Of a DNA stretch of 55,400 bases, positions 8,293 through 17,236 are shown piece by piece. The stretch covers positions 5,885 through 61,284 of the forward strand of contig DAONES010000001.1 in the NCBI GenBank assembly GCA_035403205.1. Reading direction: 5' to 3'. Source of the stretch: Methanothrix sp. (lineage in GTDB: Archaea > Halobacteriota > Methanosarcinia > Methanotrichales > Methanotrichaceae). A program made the position numbers and the translations under genes. The notes beneath the pieces were generated by a model. That model saw only the letters and a list, made by a program, of their open reading frames with translations. It was not told the origin of the DNA and ran no database searches. Positions within the stretch are counted from its first letter, which is position 1, and every line of letters begins with the position of its first letter.

Positions 8293-11020
8293 GTGCGGAT
8301 GGGGAGCTGAATCAAGTATTGCGTGAAGAAACGCAAATATCCTCCTCGAAAAACCGCGGTTAGATTTCTGTAGCAGAAATCCATCAGTGACGAGTTAAGC
8401 AATCCGATTAGATACTTATCCGCGGAGCAAATTATGTATGTCGTGTTTGCCGAATAGACTCCACCAGTTTCATCAATTGTGAAGTTCCCTCGGATGGAAA
8501 TGTCTGGAAGAATCGTCTTAGGTTTCTCGAACTCATCATAGTAGTCGCAAGCCCGTAACTCCCACCAGAACTCTCCTTTATCACATCGCTTCTCCGCTGC
8601 TTGGGCAAAGGGCAACAGATGGTTGGCTATTGTAGGATACATCTCTGTCAGCCAACTCAGTGCATCACTTGAATTGTTGGATTTTTCCCTGGTCCAGCCT
8701 CTTGGCATCAAGATCAGATACTTGTCACTCCTCGGCTGTTCCTACCTCTTGATATCCCTTCCCGCCAGGAATGGCTTGATCAATTCTACGCTCTTCGGAT
8801 CTTGCGCAATCAACCGCGCCCGTGTAGCGTCATCGATGACAAAAGCCTCATTAAGCCCTGTCTTAATGCCATAGTAGATCTTACCGCCCACATACTCGCC
8901 CAGGAACACACCCCGTGACCTGATCTTAGCCAGCAAAGCCGCAGTCCGTTCATCAGCCAGCGACCAGCCTTTATCATCTAGCGCGCTCTGGTTCAGGCTG
9001 TAATGATCCTCTCTGACGTACTCTCCGAGGTTCCGGAAGTCCAGCGTCTTTACCTGCGTCACCTCGAAACTCGGCCTGGGGGCGCTTTTTGCAATGCGAA
9101 TTATGCAGGGATAGGTAGTAGCTCCCTGGAAGACCTGAAGGTCTCCAAAGTCGATTATCTCCCCGATGCACTGCTCTTTCAGCCAGTGCCGCAGCGGTGT
9201 GCCATAGTTGGCCCTCATCCACTTGTTGGCCACGATGTAGGAAAAGATGCCGCCAGCTCTGAGAAGAGAAACGCCGCGCTCAATAAAGTAGGTGTAGAGG
9301 TCCGCCGTCCCTTGGTAGACCTTGAAGTGCTTCTGGAAATAGCCCTTGAACTCGCTCAGGCTCTCTTGCCTTACATACGGCGGATTGCCGATCACCACAT
9401 CAAATCCGCCCCTCTGGAAGACCTCGGCAAACTCCCTCTCCCAGTCAAAGGGATTGATCCTGGCAATCTCCTCCTCGCTAAGGTCGGGATTACTCTCCAG
9501 GATATCCCATCCCACGAGAGAGTTTCCGCATTTGATGTTATTTTCCAGGTCCGGCAGCGCCCTCTCTGCAAAGAGCTTGAGCTGCTTGGATATCGTCTCC
9601 TCATTCTCGCCCTCCAGCACCTTCAGAAGCAGAGAGAGCTTAGTCACCTCTACCGCCTGCCGGTCAATGTCCACCCCGAAGATATTGTTCAGCAAAATCC
9701 TCTTGCGCTCCGCCGTGGTCAGCTTCCATTCTCCGCCCCGGCCCAGGCAAACGGGGGACTCCGGGCTTCGGGCCTTCCGTCCCTTCGCAGGCGAGGCCGC
9801 CGGGAGGAGCTTCTTTATCTCCGAATTACTGCCGCTCTCGATCAACGGCACCAGGTTTTTGATGTACCATTCCCTGTGCCAGTCCAGAAGATGCTGGTAG
9901 GCCACAATGAGAAAGGAGCCCGAACCGCAGGCGGGATCTAGCACCCGCAGGCTTGCCGCCTCTTGCAGCGTCTTTCCTTGCAGAAGCGGAGCGGTCGTAT
10001 TTTGCACAATGTACTCAACGATGTAAGCCGGAGTGTACTTGACCCCGCCAGCCTTCTTTACCTCCGGCTTGTCCTCGACCAGGGCATTGTGGCCCTCATC
10101 CAGCCGGATGACCTTGCCCAGAAACTGCTCGTAAATCTGGCCCAGGATCTCAGCGGGAAGGACCGAGAACTCGTAAGGGCTCTCAGGAAAATAGAGGCGC
10201 TTGATGATATTCTTCAGGGTATCGTCGTCTATTGCCAGGCCGGGCGTGATGGTGTCGGCGCTCTCCCTGCCCGGCTCCTTGCCGAAATGAAAGATCCCGG
10301 AGTTGTAGCGCTCATCCGCCTGCAAGAAAAGCTCGCAGAGCCTGGGATAAACCCGCTCTCTGTTTAAGAGGTCCTTGAGACGCATGTATCTCTCAATGCC
10401 CCGGTCCTCGCAGATGCGCAAAAATATGATCCGATCGATGATGGTCTGAACGGCATAGTTGAGGCCTGTCGTGTCCAGCTCGGGATTGTGCCTAGCAATG
10501 CTTTTTGCCAGGTCCTCTCGCCAGAGCGAGATGTCGTCCAAAAGGGCAGCGTCCACCCTCTTTTCTCCCCGCTTCTGCGGCAGAGACTGAACATATTTGT
10601 CCAGCGAACCATTGAGCACCGCCTCTCTGGAAAAGAGGGCGGCAATCTCCGGCCACTTCTCAGCATACTGGTCATAACGGAAATACAGCAGGCGCGATTT
10701 GGTGGATTTGTCATCCTTGGAGGGCCGCGCCCTGCAGTAGTAGACGGAGAACTCCTCAAAGTCCGTTAGAATGGAGATGGCAAGGTCGGCAGACCAGGCA
10801 TACCGCCTTATCTGGTAGGCCGGATAGACTCCTGATTCGATATTTATGGATGGCCTCTTAACCTCAACGAAGAATTTTCTCTTGTCAAAGAGGCGAAAGC
10901 TGTAGTCCGGATTCTTAATCTTTCCCTCAACATCGACCGCGTCCTCCTCTTTGACCTCCCTCTTGTCGGCCCGGCATTCCTGCTTGTGGTAGACATCCCA
11001 CCCAAGCGCCTCAAAAAGGC
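8066..11020 (-). pseudogene. Type IIG (Eco57I/TaqI-C-like) restriction-modification enzyme, disrupted
   Basis: Nuclease PDY...EVK motif, MTase VLDPACGSGSF and GNPPY, TaqI-C-like WWELRACDYY..FEKPK. N-terminus lost before FEALGWDV; in-frame TAG at 8742-8744; frameshift near 8130. Confidence 0.88.
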
Positions 11021-11094
11021 TTCTGGCAGAAATGCAGAGATAGTAATGTAGAGATAGTAACAAAAATGATAAATAATAGTTAACATCTCTAAAC

Positions 11095-12270
11095 ATGAAG
11101 TATATGGCGGATGTTAGTGATACAGATATAATTGTGGCATTGGTCGGTTTCTTTGGTGCTGCTTTGGGGGCACTTGCGGGACTTGGTGGTACGTATCTAT
11201 CTAACAGGGATGCAAGGAAAAGGGAAAGAGATCAATGGCGTCGCCAACATGAGGCGGACCTTGATGCATGGCGACGAGATAAATTGCAGGAAGTTTATAT
11301 TAATTGTATTCAGGCTCTATCTAAAATAGAGCAAAAAGAAGAATCATTCTCTAAAGGGATCATCGATTATAGTGAGTTGATAAATTGGCTGTATATATTA
11401 TTGACCTATCAAAAAAATAGAAATAGCTCTGAATATAGGAAATTTTATGATAGTATATTAAAAATTGAAAGCAATAGATTTGCAGGGAGTGCTGCAAGGG
11501 ATTTGCGAGCTGATATCATAGAGATGGCTGCTACGGATCAAAGACTCCATGGCAATAGTGAAAAAGTACAGACGTCTGCTGTCTATTGGTTCTATAAAGG
11601 GAAAAATCTCCTTGAAAATAAACAAAATGGAGAAGCATTGAACTGTTTTGATAAATCAATTGAATTAGACCCGAACTTTGCTGATGCATTCGGCATCAAA
11701 GGAATTACTCTCTCAAAAATAGGTGATGAATTCGCAAATGCCATGCAATTAGATAATGCAAAAAGTGCGTATAAAAATGCCAATGAATCATTCGATAAAG
11801 CCCTTAATATTAAAAATAATGATGCATCAATTTGGAGCAACAAGGGTTATGTTCTTAATCGATTGGGATTATATGATGAGAGTATTCGAGCCTGTGATCG
11901 TGCCATTGCAGAGCAGCCAGATGCATTACAGGCATGGGAGAACAAAGGATATGCATTATGCAAGAGCAGACAATACAAAAAAGCTGCTGATGCATTTGAT
12001 AAAGCTCTCCAAATAAATCCAAATGACATAAAATTCAGTTATTACAAGGCCAAAGCGCTCATAAGTGACCACCAATATCAGGCAGCAATAGATCAATTGG
12101 ATAAGGTACTACAGATCGATTCTGCTCTTGTCAAAGCTTGGATCTCCAGAGGAGATGCTCTTGAATGTTTAGGCAATATCGAACAATCCGTAAATGCTTA
12201 TAAGAGGGCTTTGGATTTAGATCCCCATAATGAAAAAGCCAAAGAAAAATTAAATCTTAAGATAAATTAA
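11095..12270 (+). CDS. Membrane-anchored tetratricopeptide-repeat protein
   Basis: N-terminal hydrophobic helix (IIVALVGFFGAALGALAGLGG); about six TPR units (W.NKG..L, A...FDKAL.I.P); AT-rich. Confidence 0.85.
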   Translation: MKYMADVSDTDIIVALVGFFGAALGALAGLGGTYLSNRDARKRERDQWRRQHEADLDAWRRDKLQEVYINCIQALSKIEQKEESFSKGIIDYSELINWLYILLTYQKNRNSSEYRKFYDSILKIESNRFAGSAARDLRADIIEMAATDQRLHGNSEKVQTSAVYWFYKGKNLLENKQNGEALNCFDKSIELDPNFADAFGIKGITLSKIGDEFANAMQLDNAKSAYKNANESFDKALNIKNNDASIWSNKGYVLNRLGLYDESIRACDRAIAEQPDALQAWENKGYALCKSRQYKKAADAFDKALQINPNDIKFSYYKAKALISDHQYQAAIDQLDKVLQIDSALVKAWISRGDALECLGNIEQSVNAYKRALDLDPHNEKAKEKLNLKIN

Positions 12271-12578
12271 ATGCGATTATTACGAATTGCATAGAGAAGC
12301 AAGCCATCCGTTCCATAGGTCTCTTTCCATTCCCATCTAGAAAGGTTTTTACCTTTTGAATCTATAATTCGGATGCAGTTCTTGCCATAAGCCCTCACAA
12401 TCGTCTCGAAACGTTCTTCATCTATTCTAGTATCTAGACCTCTGGTATTCGGCATTATTAGCTCCCTTATCGATACATCAGGTGCTAAAATCATTAAGCC
12501 ACACGGCAGGGCACTTTCGTTCCCATCCCAAGGGATGCATCTCAGCCAGAGACTCTTATCGGACATGTTGCTCAACAA
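12267..12578 (-). CDS. Hypothetical protein
   Basis: ~100-aa ORF with protein-like composition, convergent on the TPR gene; no recognisable motif. Confidence 0.45.
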   Translation of the reverse strand: MLSNMSDKSLWLRCIPWDGNESALPCGLMILAPDVSIRELIMPNTRGLDTRIDEERFETIVRAYGKNCIRIIDSKGKNLSRWEWKETYGTDGLLLYAIRNNRI

Positions 12579-12730
12579 TAGGGATCTTTATCCATATATT
12601 AATTTTTGGGAGTTCAGATTTAAGCATATTTATCGATAAAGTATAATATTACTCACTTCATTAAGCATGTTATGGTACCACAAAGCCGATATACCCCTTC
12701 AACTTAGCGCATATCGAAAGGCGAGATAAA

Positions 12731-14401
12731 ATGCTAGTAGGAATTGATGTGGGCGGCACAACCACGGATGCAGTCATAGTGGATGGCAGCCGAGTGGTTA
12801 AGACCGCATATGTGCCGACAGATCACGATAACCTGTTGAAGTGCCTGCTTTCGGCCTTAGACGAGCTGGTGCGGGGCATTGATACCCGCAAGATAGAGCG
12901 AGTGGTCCTGAGCACTACCCTGATTACCAATATGATCGCCGAGGGCAAGACCGATCCCGTGGCATTGGTGCTCATACCGGGACCCGGAACCAATCCCCGT
13001 GACTACGCCCTGGGCGAGAGCACCATCCTCGACGGGGCCATCGATTTTCGCGGAAACGAGATCGATAAGCTCAAGGAGGCCCAGATCAAAGAGGCAGCCT
13101 CTCGCATTCGGGCCAGGGGCCTCTCCCGCGTGGCAGTGGTCGGAAAATTCTGCCAGAGAAACCATTCTCATGAAAATAAGGTCGGCGAGATAATGGCCGC
13201 CGCTCTGCCGGGCAGCAAGATCGAGCTGGGACACAGGGTATCTGGCCAGCTCAACTTCCCCCGCCGGGCAGCGACCACCATGCTCACTGCAGCCACCAAG
13301 GACAGCTACGACCTCTTTGCCAGAGACGTGGCTGCGGCTTTAAAGGAGCGCAAGATCAATTCCCCGGTCTACATCCTCAAGGCAGACGGCGGCACCCTTC
13401 CCCTGGACAAATCGGTGCAGATGCCGGTGGAGACCATATTCTCCGGGCCAGCGGCCAGCATCATGGGAGTCCTGGCCCTCACCGATCCCGGCCAGAGCAG
13501 CGTCATCGTGGATATCGGCGGCACCACAACGGATCTCGCCCTCATCCTATCCGGCAAGCCCCTGCTCTCAGCCAAAGGAGCCAAAGTGGGCTCTCTGCTC
13601 ACCCACGTGCGGGCTTTTGCAGTCAAGTCGATAGCTATCGGCGGAGACAGCGCTGTAGCAGTCTCCGGCGGCAGCCTTTCCGTCGGACCGCACCGGGACG
13701 GCCCGCCGCTCTGCATGGGCGGAATGGGTCCCACGCCCACCGATGCTTTGCGGGTCCTGGGGCTCACTTCTATCGGCGATCTGTCACTGGCCGAGAAGGC
13801 CATGCGCATCGTGGCCGGCAGCCTGGGCTGCACGGCCAAAGAGGCGGCTACAAAGGTGGTTGATGCCGCAGTGGACAAAATTGTCCTGGAGATCAACGGC
13901 ATGTTTTGGGAATGGGAGCAGGAGCCGGCCTACCGCATCTGGGAGATCATGAGCAGGGAGTCGCTCTTCGCCCAGAACGTGGTGGGAGTAGGTGGAGGCG
14001 CTCCGACCCTGGTCCCGCTCGTGGCTGCCCGGCTCAAAGCCAGGGCGGTTGTTCCCGAGTATGCGCCCGTGGCCAATGCCATCGGCGCTGCTGTTGCCAG
14101 GCCCACATTAACCCTGAACCTGCACATCGACACAGAGAACAAAATGTATTCCGTGGCCGAAGATGGTCTGACCGGAAAGGTGACAGACCAGAAGATGTCT
14201 GCCGAGGATGCTGAGCGCCTGGCCAGGAGGCTATTGGCCGAGCGGGCAGCTCGCCTGGGCATAAGCGAGTACGCAGCTGAGGCAGAGGTCACTTACAGCG
14301 AGGTATTCAATATGATTCGAGGCTGGTCAACCGTAGGAAGACTGATGGACGTACGAATGGAAATTCCGGCTGGCCTTTTGCCATCCTGGGAGAGGTGCTG
14401 A
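12731..14401 (+). CDS. Hydantoinase/oxoprolinase family protein (A-subunit-like)
   Basis: GIDVGGTTTDA, LSTTLITN, PVETIFSGPAAS, VDIGGTTTD, GPTPTDAL, ANAIGAA. Confidence 0.88.
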   Translation: MLVGIDVGGTTTDAVIVDGSRVVKTAYVPTDHDNLLKCLLSALDELVRGIDTRKIERVVLSTTLITNMIAEGKTDPVALVLIPGPGTNPRDYALGESTILDGAIDFRGNEIDKLKEAQIKEAASRIRARGLSRVAVVGKFCQRNHSHENKVGEIMAAALPGSKIELGHRVSGQLNFPRRAATTMLTAATKDSYDLFARDVAAALKERKINSPVYILKADGGTLPLDKSVQMPVETIFSGPAASIMGVLALTDPGQSSVIVDIGGTTTDLALILSGKPLLSAKGAKVGSLLTHVRAFAVKSIAIGGDSAVAVSGGSLSVGPHRDGPPLCMGGMGPTPTDALRVLGLTSIGDLSLAEKAMRIVAGSLGCTAKEAATKVVDAAVDKIVLEINGMFWEWEQEPAYRIWEIMSRESLFAQNVVGVGGGAPTLVPLVAARLKARAVVPEYAPVANAIGAAVARPTLTLNLHIDTENKMYSVAEDGLTGKVTDQKMSAEDAERLARRLLAERAARLGISEYAAEAEVTYSEVFNMIRGWSTVGRLMDVRMEIPAGLLPSWERC

Positions 14402-14403
14402 AG

Positions 14404-15768
14404 ATGTCCTCCAAAGGCAAAACCGGCAAGACCGGCCTTATATTCTTCCCGGCCTTCGATTGGGCCATCTCGCCTACCCACCCGGAGAGGGAAGAGAGGC
14501 TGCTCTACACCCGTGACCAGATCTTCGAGGAGGGCCTTATGGACCTGCCCCAGATCGAGGAGTTCAAACCCCGCTTGGCAGAGAAAAAGGATGTTGCCAG
14601 GGTCCACTTCTGCGTTCCAGATGTGGAGAGCCAGGTAACCGAGGCGCACCTCATCGCCGCCGGCAGCACCCTCACTCTGGCAGACGCCCTGGAAAAGGGT
14701 GAGATCCGAAATGGGTTTGCCCTGGTCAGGCCTCCGGGCCACCACAGCATGCGAGTGGTTCACGGCAACCGCGGCTTCTGCAACATCAATAACATGGCCA
14801 TCATGGTCGAGTACTTGAGAACCAAGTACGGCCACAAGAGGATTGCAGTCATCGACACCGATGTGCATCACGGCGACGGAACCCAAGAGATATTCTGGCA
14901 CGATCCGGATGTCCTATGCCTGTCGTTTCACCAGGACGGCCACACACTTTATCCCGGCTCGGGATTTGTCAATGAGATGGGCGGACCTCAGGCTCTGGCC
15001 AGAACTCTGAACGTCCCCCTGCCCCCAGGCACCACAGACGAGGGCATCCACTACGTCCTGGACAACCTCATCCTTCCCGTTCTGGATGATTTCAAGCCCG
15101 ATCTGATCCTGAACTCGGCAGGCCAGGACAACCACTACACCGATCCGCTGGCCAACATGCGCTTCTCGGCCAACGGCTATGCCCGGCTAAACGAAAAGCT
15201 GGCCCCGGACCTCTGCGTCCTGGAGGGCGGCTACGCTGTGGAGACAGCTCTGCCTTATGTGAACACGGGCATCATCCAGGCCATGGCGGGCCTTGATTAC
15301 TCTCATGTCAAAGAGCCGGACTTTGTGCCCGGCCGCTTTGTCCAGTCTGCTGCAATGGAACGGGAGATCGAGCACACCGTCTCTCAGGTGCAGAAGATCT
15401 GGGAGCAGAGAGACGAGCTGGTAGAAGATGCGCTGGCTGGCATGGGCGAGTTCTACCGCCGCAAGAGACGCATCTTTTACGATACGGACATGATCAACGA
15501 GAACCAGGAAGAGATTGTTCGCCTCTGTCCGGACTGCTCCGGATACATGACGATCACAACCTCTGCCCAGCGGGGCTACGGCATCCTGAACAGCGCCTTC
15601 TGTGTCTCCATTCCCCGCGGAGCCTGCTCGTCATGCCGGGAAGACGCCCAGGAGGAATACGCCGAGCACCTGGACGACAGGAGAATCGGCTACGTCCTGA
15701 TGCAGGACAAGGACAGAGACAAGTTCAAGTTCTACAACAATATGACCCGGACGGAAAAGGGATACTGA
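14404..15768 (+). CDS. Histone deacetylase family amidohydrolase with Cys-rich C-terminal extension
   Basis: HPERE.RL, RPPGHH, GFC, DTDVHHGDGTQ, SAGQD, LEGGY; CPDC...C....CSSC tail; alternative GTG start at 14395. Confidence 0.9.
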   Translation: MSSKGKTGKTGLIFFPAFDWAISPTHPEREERLLYTRDQIFEEGLMDLPQIEEFKPRLAEKKDVARVHFCVPDVESQVTEAHLIAAGSTLTLADALEKGEIRNGFALVRPPGHHSMRVVHGNRGFCNINNMAIMVEYLRTKYGHKRIAVIDTDVHHGDGTQEIFWHDPDVLCLSFHQDGHTLYPGSGFVNEMGGPQALARTLNVPLPPGTTDEGIHYVLDNLILPVLDDFKPDLILNSAGQDNHYTDPLANMRFSANGYARLNEKLAPDLCVLEGGYAVETALPYVNTGIIQAMAGLDYSHVKEPDFVPGRFVQSAAMEREIEHTVSQVQKIWEQRDELVEDALAGMGEFYRRKRRIFYDTDMINENQEEIVRLCPDCSGYMTITTSAQRGYGILNSAFCVSIPRGACSSCREDAQEEYAEHLDDRRIGYVLMQDKDRDKFKFYNNMTRTEKGY

Positions 15769-15929
15769 ATCGCAAGGGCATAAGGATGCAAGGGCGCAAG
15801 ACCACAAGGCGTTTGCGCCATCTCTTTTTTGCTTCTCATTGCATCATAATCACGGGATTCTTCTTGGACTGTTCAAGGAAAGAGGGCTGATCGAGGAAAT
15901 CGGCATGAGGCGCGAGCGGCACAGGCGGG

Positions 15930-16220
15930 CGCGCTCCTGCGTCCCCACGCGCGGGCGGGCCTGGGGAACCGGGGGCTGGTTGGGACTGAGGTTGAATTGC
16001 CATTCCGAGGAAAAACGAGGAAAGGTTTTCAATCAACAGTACAAAATTTCAGGCGGTCATCTTTAGCTCGATTTCCCCCGCGACAAGTGGTCTCGCCAGG
16101 AGCTTTCCGGTCCTATATTCGTTCATAACTTCGTCGATTTTCTCAGATACACCAGGTATTATATACGCTTCGCCACAGCAACTGCACACAAGGGCGGGAA
16201 CCTTTTTTATGACGACTAAT
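15930..16220. repeat. Degenerate repeat copy A (GC-rich element plus 3' part of the YgiT-finger gene)
   Basis: GCGCTCCTGCGTCCCC...AAACGAG.AA.G.TTTTCAAT and CAGCAACTGCA.ACA..G..GG.ACC recur at 16985-17210. Confidence 0.6.
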
Positions 16221-16303
16221 TCATCTCCCGCTTTCAATACAAGGTCCGTGGAGCCTTCACGCAGCTTGCTTCCACAAAGAGCGCACATATCAGAATTTGT
16301 CAT
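16049..16303 (-). CDS. YgiT/MqsA-type zinc-finger protein
   Basis: CALCG..L....T...L.....LVVIKKVPALVCSCCGEAY. Confidence 0.85.
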   Translation of the reverse strand: MTNSDMCALCGSKLREGSTDLVLKAGDELVVIKKVPALVCSCCGEAYIIPGVSEKIDEVMNEYRTGKLLARPLVAGEIELKMTA

Positions 16304-16348
16304 AATCGCCTCGTTCTACAACTCCAGGCAGAAAAAATCCATCAATTG

Positions 16349-16726
16349 CTATTTTATGTACTCTACATTTTCCATCTCGGAAAATTCCTTGTCTCCTGTC
16401 AAAAATCTTATTCCCAGCTTTCTCGAATACGAATATCCAAGGGCATCGACGAGGGAGAGCTTCTTTCCAGTGCAATTGGTGGACTTTCTAAATTCAGATG
16501 CGCTCAAGTAATCTGAGTCCTCTGTGAGTACAACCTCGATCTTGTCTCGCATCAAGCTTACAACTTTTGCAGCCTCATCGCGTCCGAAATCCCTGAAAAG
16601 AGCATACGTAAGCTCAAAAATGTTGAATTCGGTTGCGACAAGATATGCCTGGGAATAGTCTTCATAGTTAGGATTTCCCTTGAGAAGCTCGATCAAAGCA
16701 TAGGTATCTGCAAATAGTCTAGCCAT
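16349..16726 (-). CDS. PIN-domain (VapC-like) toxin
   Basis: FADTYALIE, IFEL, LSLVDALGY, FLTGDKEF. Confidence 0.88.
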   Translation of the reverse strand: MARLFADTYALIELLKGNPNYEDYSQAYLVATEFNIFELTYALFRDFGRDEAAKVVSLMRDKIEVVLTEDSDYLSASEFRKSTNCTGKKLSLVDALGYSYSRKLGIRFLTGDKEFSEMENVEYIK

Positions 16727-16895
16727 CGATCTCTCTCAGTTCGTCCTTCAGAGATTGTGTGTCGATCTTCCATCCTTTCAAGAGGCCAAAGATGCTCTTT
16801 TTCTTCAGTTCAATCTCTACCTCTTCTCCTTCCAACAGGTCTAGCTTATCAAGAGGCTTCAAGACATTATTTTCAAATATCGCTTTCACGATCAC
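16719..16895 (-). CDS. Antitoxin, DUF104/AF2212 family
   Basis: (M)IVKAIFENNVLKPLDKLDLLEGEEVEI; GTG start at 16895; TATATAAA ~35 nt upstream; overlaps the PIN start. Confidence 0.85.
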   Translation of the reverse strand: MIVKAIFENNVLKPLDKLDLLEGEEVEIELKKKSIFGLLKGWKIDTQSLKDELREIDG

Positions 16896-16984
16896 ACTTC
16901 CACCAAGAGTATTCTTGCCCTGCAAGTTTATATATTTAGCCTGAGGCTCTGTGAAAGAATTCTTTCCACCAGGGCTCGATCGTC

Positions 16985-17210
16985 GCGCTCCTGCGTCCCC
17001 GCGCGCTCCTGCGGGACTGGGGTTGCGTGGCCAGGTGGGCCGGGCAGGATTGCTCATTTCAAGGAAGAAACGAGAAAGCGTTTTCAATTAGGAGAACACT
17101 GTTTCAGGTGCTCAAGGAAATTACTCGATCTTTTCGGACACCAGCGGAATCGCGTCCGCTTAACCGCAGCAACTGCATACAGAGCAGGGACCTATTATAT
17201 AACGACTATG
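16985..17210 (-). pseudogene. Degenerate repeat copy B containing an eroded YgiT-finger fragment
   Basis: Similarity to 15930-16220 with indels. Confidence 0.55.
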
Positions 17211-17236
17211 CAAAAAGTCTATAAAACTTTGCGCAA

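Noticed and set aside
9003-9941. 312-aa plus-strand ORF
   Set aside because: Antisense to the motif-bearing RM methylase
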